Part shown: positions 17,232 through 27,362 of the stretch, piece by piece
Layout: each line of letters starts with the position of its first letter
Position numbering within the stretch: position 1 is the stretch's first letter
NCBI GenBank assembly: GCA_965215335.1
Contig: CBDCDA010000001.1
Location: 1,408,001-1,472,000, forward strand
Length of the DNA: 64,000 nt
Direction: 5' to 3'
Source of the DNA: an uncultured Candidatus Entotheonella sp.
Lineage (GTDB): Bacteria; Tectomicrobia; Entotheonellia; Entotheonellales; Entotheonellaceae
The notes under the pieces: generated by a model
Databases searched by the model: none
Told to the model about the DNA's origin: nothing
What the model saw: only the letters and a program-made list of their open reading frames with translations
Program-made: the position numbers and the translations under genes

Positions 17232-17678
17232 TCAGCAGTCACCGCCCGATTGGCGTATCGGCAGCGCCACCTGCGCCGTGCCCTGCACGTAGCGGTCGCC
17301 CGTCTCGTTGCTCATCAGGATGTCGCAAAAAACCAGGCGCTGGCCCTGCTCTTCCTGCTTCTCGGTGACGACCCCGCTGCAGATCAGCGGGGTGTTATGG
17401 GGCACGGTGGCGCGGAAGTTTGCCGTCAGGTTGCGCAGCGTGCCGGTGGGGAAGAATTCGGTCATCATGCGGGACAGAAAGCCCAGGCTCATGTTGCCCG
17501 GAATAATGGCGCCCGGCAGACCCTCGTTGCGGGCGTAGGCATCGTCGGTGAAGCGCCCGCTCTGCATGCGCGCCACCTCGACGTAGCGCACCACGTCCGC
17601 CGTGGTCGGACAGATTTCCAGTTCCTCGATCTCGTCGCCGACTTCGACGTCTTCGTAAAACCGAATGCGCTCACCCAC
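17232..17678 (-). CDS. MaoC family (hot-dog) dehydratase
   Basis: FYEDVEVGD...YARNEGLPGAIIPG...GVVTEK. Confidence 0.8.
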   Translation of the reverse strand: MGERIRFYEDVEVGDEIEELEICPTTADVVRYVEVARMQSGRFTDDAYARNEGLPGAIIPGNMSLGFLSRMMTEFFPTGTLRNLTANFRATVPHNTPLICSGVVTEKQEEQGQRLVFCDILMSNETGDRYVQGTAQVALPIRQSGGDC

Positions 17679-17699
17679 CTCTGAAAGTCCTCCCCCGGC

Positions 17700-18140
17700 T
17701 CAGTCGCGCTGGATCTGGATCTGACGCAGGACGGCCACCTTTTCACCGTTCTGATTGGTCAACTCGCTCTCGCGTACGACAAAAATCATGTTGCCGCTGC
17801 GTCCGGTCTTCTCGTACACCTCGGCGATGCGGTCCACCCCGGTGATGGTGTCACCCGGACGGATCGGGGTGTGGAATACGCATTCCTTGCCGCCGTCAAA
17901 GGCGCGCGCGCCGTAGCTGAGCTTGAGGTCGGGCAGCGCCGCGTTGCTGCGGAACACCACGCAAAACGTCGACGGCGCCACGATGCCGCCATAGGGTGTC
18001 GTCTTGGCGTAGGCCGTATCGCAATACAGCGGGTTCGTCTCGCCCACCGAGGCGGCGAACTCGGCGATGTCTTCCTGCGTGACCGCGAAGGAATAGCGAT
18101 CGAAGTCCTTGCCGATCCAACTGGTGTCGAACGTCAGCAT
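17700..18140 (-). CDS. MaoC-N / FAS1-like dehydratase domain protein
   Basis: IAEFAASVGETNPLY.D...YGGIVAPSTF...PIRPGDT...KTGRSG.M.FV...NQNGE; start ATG 18140 after GGAG. Confidence 0.82.
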   Translation of the reverse strand: MLTFDTSWIGKDFDRYSFAVTQEDIAEFAASVGETNPLYCDTAYAKTTPYGGIVAPSTFCVVFRSNAALPDLKLSYGARAFDGGKECVFHTPIRPGDTITGVDRIAEVYEKTGRSGNMIFVVRESELTNQNGEKVAVLRQIQIQRD

Positions 18141-19171
18141 GCGCTCCGTCTCTCCTTGTCTGGTTGTCGCCCTAACGCCGCCGGCTCGGCGTATTGGCGT
18201 ATGGAGGCTTCCACCGCGCTGACGTCCTCGGCGCTGCCGATGAACAGCGGTACGCGCTGGTGCAGGGCGGTCGGTTGCCGCGCCAGCACGTCCTCGCTGC
18301 CGGTGCTGGCGCGCCCGCCCGCCACCTCGGCGATGCGGGCCAGCGGGGCCGCTTCGTAGAGCAGCCGCAGTTTGCCATTCGGGGCGTTGCGATTGTCGGC
18401 GGGGTACAGAAACAAGCCACCGTACAGCAGTGTGCGGTGAAAATCCGCCACCAGCGAGCCGACGTAGCGGGCGCTGTAGGTGGACAGCCCGTCGGGGTTC
18501 TTGAGGGCGTCGATGTAGCGCTGCACGCCGGCGCACCAGCACGGGTAGTTGGCCTCGTTGGCGCTGTAGATCGTGCCGCGCTCGGGCATGCGCAGGTTTT
18601 CGTGCGTCAGGCGGAAGGCGCCGACACCGACGTCGAGCGTAAAGCTGTGCACCCCGGAGCCGGCGGCGTAGACGAACAGCGTGCTGGAGCCGTACAGTGC
18701 GTAACCGGCGGCGATTTGGCGGCTGCCGCCCTGCAGCAGGTCCGACATGGTGGCGTCGGTGCTGCGGGCTCGGTAGATGGAGAAAATGGTGCCGATGGTG
18801 ATTCCCGCGTCGATGTTGGAGGAGCCGTCCAGGGGGTCGAACAGCACGACGTACGGCCCGCGCGGCTCATGCGACGCCAGGAACAGCGGGTGCTCGGCCT
18901 CCTCGGAGGCCAGGGCGCAGACGTGGCCGCAGGACCGCAGGGTGTCGATCAGCATGTCGTGTGCCAGCACGTCGAGCTTGCGCACCGCCTCGCCCTGCAC
19001 GTTGTGTTCGCCGGTGAAACCGAGAATGTCGACCAGCCCGGCGCGGTTGACCTCGCGAGCGATGCGTTGGGCCGCCGAGGCCAGGGTGGTGAGCAGGCCC
19101 GCCAAATCGTCATTCCCGCACAAGCGGGAATCCATCAGGTGTCGAGACAGCGTCATGCCCTTGCGATCCAT
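18134..19171 (-). CDS. fbp: Fructose-1,6-bisphosphatase class 1
   Basis: NVQGE, SEE, FDPLDGSSNID, RYVGSLVADFHRTL, GKLRLLYEA. Confidence 0.95.
   Translation of the reverse strand: MDRKGMTLSRHLMDSRLCGNDDLAGLLTTLASAAQRIAREVNRAGLVDILGFTGEHNVQGEAVRKLDVLAHDMLIDTLRSCGHVCALASEEAEHPLFLASHEPRGPYVVLFDPLDGSSNIDAGITIGTIFSIYRARSTDATMSDLLQGGSRQIAAGYALYGSSTLFVYAAGSGVHSFTLDVGVGAFRLTHENLRMPERGTIYSANEANYPCWCAGVQRYIDALKNPDGLSTYSARYVGSLVADFHRTLLYGGLFLYPADNRNAPNGKLRLLYEAAPLARIAEVAGGRASTGSEDVLARQPTALHQRVPLFIGSAEDVSAVEASIRQYAEPAALGRQPDKERRSAC
19109..19134. repeat. REP/RPE-like palindrome inside fbp coding sequence
   Basis: GTCATTCCCGCACAAGCGGGAATCCA; read in frame as MDSRLCGND. Confidence 0.7.
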
Positions 19172-19391
19172 GACGACTCCTTGCTATGGATTTCTTGTCG
19201 TTTCCATCGCTTTCGGGAGCACCAAGTCTAGCAGAAAACCCGCCCGCATGCCCAAGGACGGCGCCCCGCGGACGACGCCGCACCTTGCCTTTGCAGGGGA
19301 AAATGCGCACAATGCCGGACCCGTCCGGACACTCCAGCGCGCCGCTGAGACAGACCGTCAAACGCGCTTACGTATCAAGGAAGGAGCCCCC

Positions 19392-20411
19392 ATGAGCACA
19401 CACGAACTTGCCGCCGTGGCCCGCGCCCTGGTTGCCGAGGGCAAAGGCATTCTGGCTGCCGATGAGAGCACCGGCACGATCGCGCGGCGCTTCGATACCA
19501 TTAACGTCGCCTCGACCCCGGAGAACCGACGCGCCTACCGCGAGTTGCTGTTCACCACGCCGGAGGTGGAGGCGTACATCAGCGGCGTCATCCTGTACGA
19601 TGAGACCATCCGGCAACGGAGTAGCGACGGCACCCTCTTCCCGGCGCTGCTGGCCGGGCGCGGCATCATGCCGGGCATCAAGGTGGATACCGGCACCTCG
19701 GACCTGGCGGGCTTTCCGGGCGAGAAGATCACAGAGGGCCTCGACGGCCTCGCCAAGCGGCTGGACGAGTACCGCGAGATGGGTGCACGGTTCGCCAAAT
19801 GGCGGGCGGTGGTCACCATCGGCCCCGGTCGCCCGACACCGTACGGCATCGCAGCCAACGCGCACGCCCTGGCGCGCTACGCGGCGCTGTCGCAGCAGGC
19901 CGGCCTGGTGCCGATCGTCGAACCCGAGGTGCTGATGGACGGCGACCACACGATCGAGCGCTGCGCCGCGGTCACCTTGACGACCCTGCGGCGTGTGTTC
20001 AACGAACTGCACGAGCACCGCGTGCTGCTGGAGGGCATGCTGCTGAAACCCAGCATGGTGCTGGCGGGCAAGGACTGCCCGCAACAGGCCGGCGTGGATG
20101 AGGTGGCGACGGCGACCCTGGCCTGCTTCCGGCAGGCCATCCCGGCGGCGGTGCCGGGCATCGTGTTCCTCTCCGGCGGCCAGAGCGCCGTGCAGGCCAC
20201 TGCGCACCTCAACGCCATGAACACGCGCGGCGGGCATCCCTGGGAGATCAGCTTTTCCTACGGCCGGGCGCTACAAGGACCGGTTCTGGAGGCATGGCAG
20301 GGACAGGCGGCCAACGTGCCCGCCGCCCGGAAGTTCTTCCAGCAGCGCGCCCGATGCAACGGTGCGGCGCGATACGGCAAGTACGCCGAGCACATGGAAG
20401 AAGCCGCGTAG
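19392..20411 (+). CDS. Fructose-bisphosphate aldolase class I
   Basis: GKGILAADES, GIKVD, FAKWR, VPIVEPE, LLKP, FLSGGQ, FSYGRALQ; RBS AAGGAG. Confidence 0.95.
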   Translation: MSTHELAAVARALVAEGKGILAADESTGTIARRFDTINVASTPENRRAYRELLFTTPEVEAYISGVILYDETIRQRSSDGTLFPALLAGRGIMPGIKVDTGTSDLAGFPGEKITEGLDGLAKRLDEYREMGARFAKWRAVVTIGPGRPTPYGIAANAHALARYAALSQQAGLVPIVEPEVLMDGDHTIERCAAVTLTTLRRVFNELHEHRVLLEGMLLKPSMVLAGKDCPQQAGVDEVATATLACFRQAIPAAVPGIVFLSGGQSAVQATAHLNAMNTRGGHPWEISFSYGRALQGPVLEAWQGQAANVPAARKFFQQRARCNGAARYGKYAEHMEEAA

Positions 20412-20486
20412 TATTGCGTTGCCGCTCGGATCGGAAGATAGGGTTCCAAGCGATCAATTCAAACCTTTAGATAGCGGATCTTTGCA

Positions 20487-21947
20487 ATGACGCGCCTGTC
20501 GCAAAAGGAAGCCGGTGCCTACTATACGCCAGACACCGTCGTTTCAAGCCTTACGCGGTGGGCCGTGCGTGGGGATACCGACCGTCTGTTGGATCCATCC
20601 TGCGGCGACGGGCGTTTCGTCGCTGCATGCCGAAATAGCGTCGGCATCGAACAGGACCCGAGCGCCGCGGCCGCAGCCGCAGAAAGGGCGCCTTGGGCAC
20701 TCATCCACGAGGGCGACTTCTTTGCCTGGGCCGCACATACCCACGAGCGTTTCGAGTGCGCCGTGGGCAATCCTCCCTTTATTCGCTATCAGACTTTCAA
20801 GGGCGAGGCTCGTAAACACGCCTTGCGGCTCTGCGCCGATCTCGGCGCGAAGTTTTCCGGGCTTACCGCTTCGTGGGCGCCGTTTCTCGTGGCGACCTCC
20901 AGCCTGTTGAAGCCAGGCGGGCGCATGGCTTTCGTCGTGCCGGCCGCAATCGGCCATGCTCCTTATGCCGCCCCACTGCTTGATTACGTGGTCGAACGAT
21001 TCGGCTCTGTGCAAATCATCGCGGTACGCAAGAAGCTGTTCCCGGAGCTGTCCGAGGATTGCTGGTTGCTCTTCGCCGACGGTTTCGGCGCCTCGACCGC
21101 CGAGATTCGCTTTACGGTACTTGATCGTTTTGAGCCTTCGGAGACACCACCCCGCGAAGCCGTCAGGGTTTCGGCCCACGAGTGGCGCCAGTCCTGGAAT
21201 CGTCGTCTTCGCCCTTACTTGCTGTCCCAAAACGCACGCGAATTCTATCGGACGGCTGCCTCGCATGCTGCCTCAATGCGCTTCGGAGAAATCGCTGAGA
21301 TCGGAATCGGGTACGTAAGCGGCGCGAACGAGTTCTTTCACCTCCGGCCTTCCCAGGCCGTAGCCTGGGACATTCCTGGGTGGCTCCTCTGTCCATCGGT
21401 GCGCAATGGTCGCGCGCTGCCAGATCAAGAGCTAACGGCAAGGACCATCGAGGAATGGCGCCGCTCCGACAGTCCCATGATGCTCCTGCGAATTCCCAAG
21501 AACGTGGAATTGCCGCCTGGCGTTTCAAAATACCTGGAATCCGATCTCGGAAAGCAGGCCCGCGAGGCATATAAGTGCCGGACACGCAATCCTTGGTATT
21601 CGGTCCCCCATGTCCGGGTGCCTGATTTCTTTCTTACCTACATGTCCGGGTTGATTCCGAACTTGGTCAGAAATCGTGCAGCGGTAAGTTGCACCAATGC
21701 CGTGCATGGCGTTCACGCGCGAAACAAGCGATCGATCTGGCGAGTCGTCGAAAGCTGGCGCACGCCATTTGTTCGCCTGAGCTGTGAACTCGAAGGTCAC
21801 CCACTCGGTGGCGGCATGCTGAAACTCGAACCGCGAGAGGCCGCCGGCATCGTTTTCCCCACGCCAGCCGTGGCTTCCAGGTTGTCGTCACCGGAGATAT
21901 TCGAAGCTGTTTCGACAATGCGTAGTTGGAGGCACTATGACGGCTGA
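20487..21947 (+). CDS. N6-adenine DNA methyltransferase (gamma class, Eco57I/TaqI-like)
   Basis: GAYYTP, LLDPSCGDG (motif I), VGNPPF (motif IV), C-terminal GGGMLKLEP. Confidence 0.9.
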   Translation: MTRLSQKEAGAYYTPDTVVSSLTRWAVRGDTDRLLDPSCGDGRFVAACRNSVGIEQDPSAAAAAAERAPWALIHEGDFFAWAAHTHERFECAVGNPPFIRYQTFKGEARKHALRLCADLGAKFSGLTASWAPFLVATSSLLKPGGRMAFVVPAAIGHAPYAAPLLDYVVERFGSVQIIAVRKKLFPELSEDCWLLFADGFGASTAEIRFTVLDRFEPSETPPREAVRVSAHEWRQSWNRRLRPYLLSQNAREFYRTAASHAASMRFGEIAEIGIGYVSGANEFFHLRPSQAVAWDIPGWLLCPSVRNGRALPDQELTARTIEEWRRSDSPMMLLRIPKNVELPPGVSKYLESDLGKQAREAYKCRTRNPWYSVPHVRVPDFFLTYMSGLIPNLVRNRAAVSCTNAVHGVHARNKRSIWRVVESWRTPFVRLSCELEGHPLGGGMLKLEPREAAGIVFPTPAVASRLSSPEIFEAVSTMRSWRHYDG

Positions 21948-22869
21948 CAGTGGTCAGAGACCCTTCAGCGACTTCCGCGTCTGTCAATGGGTAAATCAGG
22001 CCGAAGCGCTCAGGCATTTCGCTGTCTACGATGGAAAGACGCAAAGCCAGCAACATATCAAGCCGCTGCACTGGTACGTCGCCTGCCGCCTCGTCCTGGA
22101 AGGCGGGTTTCATCCCGATGAAATTACTCCGCATCCGCCGTTTGCCGTGATTGAGCGAGGCGGCCAACACTTTGTCCTCTTCGATCCGGGCAAGGCAACC
22201 GGAGGCGAAACGACCGTCCTCGGCGGGCTGAAAACGAAAAAGGTCGACATCGTCGTCAACAAGGGCGGCATTGGTCCTGTCCTTGCGATTTCGTGCAAAG
22301 GGATGACTGGGGCGTTCCGAAACCTGACTAACCGCATGGAGGAGACAGTTGGCGAATGTACGAATCTCCACATTACCTACCCGGCCTTCGTATTTGGATA
22401 TTTGTTCATACTCCGAGCTAACCAAGCCCCCAGAACGACTGTTTCGAAAAGGGAAGGGCCGCCGCGAGAAATAGCCCGCAATGACGTTGCGGTCGGTCCA
22501 GAAGGTCAACCTGTTGAAGCAATCGCACGTTTTCATGCTGCGTTAACCGAGATCACCGGCAGGCGCGGAATCCGTGAAGACGCAAGTCGATACGAAGCGG
22601 TATCACTGGCAATGATCGGAATGCAGGGTGGCGACCTTGGCCAACCCTTGCCAGATTTCCCACCGTCCGACAGCCCCTTGCGCCTGGAACGGTTTTTCGA
22701 GGCTCTTTATCTGCGATATGACGAGCGTTACGTCTACAGTGCTCCTGATCTCAAGTCCGTTACCCGGCGCATAGAATGGTCGCCCGAGTCTCTGGCGTTC
22801 GCATCCAATACGGGTTCCAAGCTCGACTATGACGTCAGGCGCTCCATCGGCCCGAATCCTGACGCGTGA
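21937..22869 (+). CDS. Putative type II restriction endonuclease (PD-(D/E)xK, PaeR7I/XhoI-like)
   Basis: Overlaps the MTase stop; KKVDIVV...LAISCK...FRNLTNRMEE..G motif. Confidence 0.65.
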   Translation: MTADSGQRPFSDFRVCQWVNQAEALRHFAVYDGKTQSQQHIKPLHWYVACRLVLEGGFHPDEITPHPPFAVIERGGQHFVLFDPGKATGGETTVLGGLKTKKVDIVVNKGGIGPVLAISCKGMTGAFRNLTNRMEETVGECTNLHITYPAFVFGYLFILRANQAPRTTVSKREGPPREIARNDVAVGPEGQPVEAIARFHAALTEITGRRGIREDASRYEAVSLAMIGMQGGDLGQPLPDFPPSDSPLRLERFFEALYLRYDERYVYSAPDLKSVTRRIEWSPESLAFASNTGSKLDYDVRRSIGPNPDA

Positions 22870-22895
22870 GCTGCTCGTACCCTTCAAGGTTCTGA

Positions 22896-23400
22896 ATGCC
22901 TGCCAACCTGCTGATTGCCAATCGTGGCGAGATTGCCGTCCGCATCCTTTCCTGCCGCGCGCCCGGCACGTCGAGGTGCAGATCGTCGGTGACGGCTCGG
23001 GGGCCGTCAGCCACTTGGGCGAACGCGATTGCAACATCCAGCGCCGCCACCAGAAACTCGTCGAAATCGCCCCGGCGCCCAGCCTGCCCGGCAGCCGGCG
23101 CCAGCGCCTCATCATCGCGGCCACCACCCTGGCTACGGTGCACTACGACAACAGCGGAATTTCGCGTCGCCGGCGTGCGCGTCCCCCGTTGCGTCGCCCC
23201 TGCAAGGCACCATCGTCAGTGTCGAGGTGCGCGAGGGTGCCACGGTGCAAACCGGACAACTGCTGGTAGTGGTGGAATCCATGAAAGTGGAGCACGAGGT
23301 TCACGCCGACGCGGGCGGCGGCGTGCGCCGCGGCGTCGCGAACGAGGGAGACGTCATCAACGCCGGAGAGCCGTTGTTGTTCGTGGAAACCGCGGCGTAG
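22896..23400 (+). pseudogene. Collapsed biotin carboxylase/biotin carrier gene
   Basis: Fragments in different frames: LLIANRGEIAVRI; RHVEVQIVGDG...ERDCNIQRRHQKLVEIAPAP; SPLQGTIV...ESMKVEH. Confidence 0.85.
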
Positions 23401-23403
23401 GGG

Positions 23404-24111
23404 TCAGACCGTCCGCGGCTTCACAAGTACCAAATAACACACCGCCGCAATGCCTGCCGCGCCGGACGTCATGCACATCACCATGATCTGGTAGCGCACC
23501 GCGATGAGCGGCGATACGCCGGACAGGATCTGGCCGGTCATCATGCCTGGCAGAGCCACCAGTCCGACGGCGAAGAGCGAGTTGAGCAGCGGGATGAGCG
23601 CTGTCTGCAGGGCCGTGCGGCGCGCTTGCTCGTACGGCACCTGGTTGGCCGTTTCCGCCTCGAAGCGCTCCGCCGCCAGGCTCACGGTGTTCATGGCGTT
23701 GGAGAAGATCATGCCGCCCAGGGGCACCAGGTAGCGTGGCTCGAACCAGGGATCGAGCGCCAGCACGCCCTGGCTGACCAGAGCCAGCGTCAGCCCGCCG
23801 CCGAGTGCCATGGAGCCCAGCGCCTTGGCGTACCGCTGCCGGCGGTCGCCCGGCAGGGGACGCAGGGCGATCCAACTCGCGGCAATCAGCATGACGGCCA
23901 GCACCAGTATGACGAGTCCGGCATGCCGGGTTTCGAAGATATAGGTCAGGGCGTAGCCGACCAGCAACAGCTGCACCAGCATGCGCACCATGGCGTACAA
24001 CGTCGTGCCGACGCCCAGCGACCAGCGGTACAGCAGCACCATTACGACCGCCACCGGCAGAAAGACGAGCGCTAGCTGGGCGATCGAAATCAGTTGCACG
24101 GAGCTGTTCAT
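23404..24111 (-). CDS. UPF0014/FetB-like ABC permease
   Basis: RMLVQLLLVGY...PRYLVPLGGMIFSNAMN...VGLVALPGMMTGQILSG.SP..AVRYQI. Confidence 0.88.
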   Translation of the reverse strand: MNSSVQLISIAQLALVFLPVAVVMVLLYRWSLGVGTTLYAMVRMLVQLLLVGYALTYIFETRHAGLVILVLAVMLIAASWIALRPLPGDRRQRYAKALGSMALGGGLTLALVSQGVLALDPWFEPRYLVPLGGMIFSNAMNTVSLAAERFEAETANQVPYEQARRTALQTALIPLLNSLFAVGLVALPGMMTGQILSGVSPLIAVRYQIMVMCMTSGAAGIAAVCYLVLVKPRTV

Positions 24112-24117
24112 AAGGGT

Positions 24118-24426
24118 TCAGCAGCAGCCGTTGAAGGTCGTGCCCGCCAGCGGCGCCCGGTCCGGCTCCCAGCCCCACGGGCGCGGCCCCCAATCCGGCT
24201 CGAAGATCTGCCCCCGCTTGACCGTCAGCACCGGCACGAAGGCGCGCCGCGCCGGCAGGCTGGCGCCCATCACGTCGTACACCACCCACTCGCCCTCCCG
24301 GATATCCAGCACCGAAATGTCGGCCTGGCGCCCCATGCCCAGGCGATGCTCGGCGCCGATGGCCTTGGCCGGGTTCTCGGTGCACATGGTCACCACCTGC
24401 TCCAGGGTGAAGCCGAGGGCGAGAAA
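24118..24426 (-). pseudogene. C-terminal fragment of amidohydrolase/deacetylase
   Basis: FLALGFTLEQVV.M.T.NPAKAIG...G..ADISVL...PDWGPRPWGWEP with no N-terminal part. Confidence 0.7.
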
Positions 24427-24652
24427 TGGGCAATCTTGCCCTCCTGAACGGCGATGTCGTGCCGCCCGCTCAGCCCGCCGGACGGGTCGACAACCGTGTC
24501 GCCTGTCAGCAACAGATCGTACATGCCGTGCCTCCTTGTTTCGGCGATGGGCGCCGGGATTCGCAAGGTGGCGTATTATGATGGGATTCACGACACAGGG
24601 GCAAGGTTGTTCTCTGGCGGCGGGCATCGCGGCGCCGCAGGGGGGAGGATCG

Positions 24653-25612
24653 ATGGAACTCGGGGACATGACGGACGTGGGCGTGGTGGGGGCCGGCACG
24701 ATGGGCGCGGGGATGGCCCAGGTATTCGCGCAGGCCGGGTACACGGTGCGGTGGTACAACCGTTCGGCGGCGGGGCTGCAACGCGGCTTGTCGCGCATCC
24801 GGGACAACCAGAGACTGCTGATTCGCCGCGGAGTGCTGACGGCAGGCCAGGCGGAAGCGGCGCTGGCGCGGCTGTGTCCCACCGAGGCGTTGGCTGACTT
24901 GGCCGGCGCGCAGTTGGTGTCGGAATCCATCGCCGAGGACCTGCCGGCCAAGCAGGCCTTGTTCCGGGCGCTCGACGGGCTATGTGGCGGCGCGACAATT
25001 TTCACCACCAACACCTCGGGGCTGTCCATCTCGCGCATCGCCGCAGCGGTGTCGCAGCCGGAGCGCTTCGCGGGGTTGCACTGCGCCAATCCGCCCCATA
25101 TCATTCCCGTTGTCGAAATCATCAAAGGAAAAGAGACGTCCGATGCCACCTGCGGGGTGCTGACGGCACTGGCGTGGCGCCTGGGCAAGCGCCCGGTGCT
25201 CGTGCAGCGTGAGGTGCCGGGGTTCGTATCCAACCGGCTGCAATTTGCGCTCCTGCGCGAAGCGCTGCACCTCGTCGAGGCCGGCGTGGCGTCGGCTGCC
25301 GACGTGGACGCGGCGATCAAGCACGGCATCGGCCTGCGCTGGGCGCTGTTCGGACCGCTCGAGATCGCCGACCTCGGCGGCCTGGACGTATTCGACGCCA
25401 TCGCCGGCTATCTGTTCCAGGACCTGAGCAACACCGCCGAGGTGTCACCGGTTCTGCGTAGCCGGGTCGCCGAAGGGCGGCTCGGGGTCAAGAGCGGCGA
25501 CGGTTTCCATGTGTACACACCGGAACAAGGCCAGGCTCTTGCGGCGTGGCGCGATGCCGGCTTGTTGGCGCTTCTGCGCGTGAAGCAGCCGGCGGGGGAC
25601 GGGCTCCCATGA
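24653..25612 (+). CDS. 3-hydroxyacyl-CoA dehydrogenase family protein
   Basis: GVVGAGTMG, ESIAEDL..K, TNTSGL, GLH..NPP, PGFVSNRLQ, GPLE.ADL.GLD. Confidence 0.9.
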   Translation: MELGDMTDVGVVGAGTMGAGMAQVFAQAGYTVRWYNRSAAGLQRGLSRIRDNQRLLIRRGVLTAGQAEAALARLCPTEALADLAGAQLVSESIAEDLPAKQALFRALDGLCGGATIFTTNTSGLSISRIAAAVSQPERFAGLHCANPPHIIPVVEIIKGKETSDATCGVLTALAWRLGKRPVLVQREVPGFVSNRLQFALLREALHLVEAGVASAADVDAAIKHGIGLRWALFGPLEIADLGGLDVFDAIAGYLFQDLSNTAEVSPVLRSRVAEGRLGVKSGDGFHVYTPEQGQALAAWRDAGLLALLRVKQPAGDGLP

Positions 25613-26118
25613 GCGGCATTCGGGCTGAGGCCGCCGGCGATAGCGTCGCCATCCGCCGGGTGCATACCGAGGCGTTCGGGCGGCCCGACGAGGCCGATCT
25701 GGTCAACGCCCTGCGGTCCGCCGGCGCGTTGCGTATCTCTCTGGTGGCGGTCGAGGACGGCACCGTCGTCGGGCATGCCGCCTTCAGCCCGGTGGTTATC
25801 CGGGCCGGCGTGAGCACTCTTAACGGCCTGGGGCTGGCGCCGATGGCGGTGCTGTCGGGATGGCAGCGCCGCGGCATCGGCTCGCGGCTCGCGCGGGCGG
25901 GATTGGCGGCCTGCGGCGAAACGCCGTACGGCCTCGTCTTCGTGTTCGGCGCCCCGCGGTTCTATGGGCGTTTCGGTTTCGAACCGGCCAAGCCCCTGGG
26001 CCTCACCTGGGAACACGGCGGGCCACCGGACGCCTTCATGGTTCAGGCACTGCGAGCAGGTGCCCTGCGCGGCATTCGCGGTGTCGTGGCGTACCGGCCG
26101 GAATTCGGTGGTTTGTAA
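25609..26118 (+). CDS. GNAT family N-acetyltransferase (YhbS-like)
   Basis: EADLVNALR...VVGH..FSPV...LAPMAV...QRRGIG...FYGRFGF...Y.PEF. Confidence 0.88.
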   Translation: MSGIRAEAAGDSVAIRRVHTEAFGRPDEADLVNALRSAGALRISLVAVEDGTVVGHAAFSPVVIRAGVSTLNGLGLAPMAVLSGWQRRGIGSRLARAGLAACGETPYGLVFVFGAPRFYGRFGFEPAKPLGLTWEHGGPPDAFMVQALRAGALRGIRGVVAYRPEFGGL

Positions 26119-26150
26119 AGCGGATGGGCAGTATCCAAGAGGAGCGAGGG

Positions 26151-27362
26151 ATGCGAATCGGCATGATGTGTCACGCCAGTTTCGGCGGTAGCGCCCGCAT
26201 TGGTATCGAATTGGCCATTGCGCTGGCTCGGCGCGGACATCAAGTGCACCTGTTTACCCGCACGACGCCCTTGGGCGGCTGGGACCGGTCGAATGGGGTA
26301 CTGCTGCACACCCTGCTGCCGGACGCCACCGACACCCTGCACCCGGCAACCCTGCATACCCGTTGGTCAGAGGGCGATCTGCAGCGCTATACCGAGGGCA
26401 TTTTGCAGGTTGTTGCCAACGAGCACCTGGACGTGCTACATTTCCACTATGCCGTGCCGTTTGCCTACGTGGCTCAGAACGTGCGCCGCTGCCTGGGTGA
26501 CGCCGCGCCGCGGCTGGTCGGCACGCTGCACGGCACCGACGTGACCCATTTCGGCAAGGACCCCGCGGTGGCGCCGAAACTGGCCGCCGCGCTGCGCTGC
26601 AACGACGTGCTGACGACCGTCTCCCGAAGCCACGCGCGCCTGGCCGCCTCGGTGTTCAGCCTGCCTTCCAGTCCACGTGTGGTCAGTAATTTCATCGACC
26701 TGGCGCGTTTCAAGCCCTGTCCGGAGGCGTTCCTGATCCCCGACGCGGCGCGACCGCGCCGCGTCGTCCACGTCTCCAATTTCAGGCCGATCAAGGACAC
26801 CCCAAGCGTGGCGCGCATTTTCCTGGGCATCAGGAAGCGTCTGGAAGCCGAGTTGTGGCTCGTCGGCAGCGGCGAGGACCTGCCCGCCATTCAGTCGCTG
26901 CTGGAAGGCAGCGACTATGCGGGCGACGTGTGCTATGCGGGCCTGCAGCGCGACGTGGTGCCCTTCTTGCGCGGTGCCGACCTGCTGCTCGTGACCAGCC
27001 TGTACGAAAGCTTTTGCCTGGTAGCGCTGGAGGCCATGGCGTGCGGCGTGCCGGTGCTCGCCACGCATGTGGGTGGCGTGCCAGAGGTGGTCATGCAGGG
27101 CCGTACCGGGCTGCTCTTCCCGCTTGGCGACCATGCCAGGGCCGTCGGCCTGGCCGTAGACCTGTTGACCGACCCGGCGCGGCATGAAGCCATGCGGCGG
27201 GCGGCCATCCGGCGCGCCGGTAGATTTGGTGTGGAACAGGGTGTGCGGGCCTACGAGTCGCTTTACCGGCCGCATGTTGAAGATAAGGTGAATGTTCATG
27301 CCCCAATTCAAGAAAACCGAGCGAACCCGCATACGCCGCATGCCGAAACGCGCTTCGTATGA
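26151..27362 (+). CDS. bshA: N-acetyl-alpha-D-glucosaminyl L-malate synthase (GT4)
   Basis: MRIG..C..SFGGS, LHFHYAVP, TLHGTD, HVSNFRPIK, ESFCLVALEAMACG. Confidence 0.85.
   Translation: MRIGMMCHASFGGSARIGIELAIALARRGHQVHLFTRTTPLGGWDRSNGVLLHTLLPDATDTLHPATLHTRWSEGDLQRYTEGILQVVANEHLDVLHFHYAVPFAYVAQNVRRCLGDAAPRLVGTLHGTDVTHFGKDPAVAPKLAAALRCNDVLTTVSRSHARLAASVFSLPSSPRVVSNFIDLARFKPCPEAFLIPDAARPRRVVHVSNFRPIKDTPSVARIFLGIRKRLEAELWLVGSGEDLPAIQSLLEGSDYAGDVCYAGLQRDVVPFLRGADLLLVTSLYESFCLVALEAMACGVPVLATHVGGVPEVVMQGRTGLLFPLGDHARAVGLAVDLLTDPARHEAMRRAAIRRAGRFGVEQGVRAYESLYRPHVEDKVNVHAPIQENRANPHTPHAETRFV

Noticed and set aside
20441..22822. 11-bp direct repeat GGGTTCCAAGC near both ends of the R-M pair
   Set aside because: The second copy lies inside the nuclease ORF; there is no integrase or IS ends, and it may be chance
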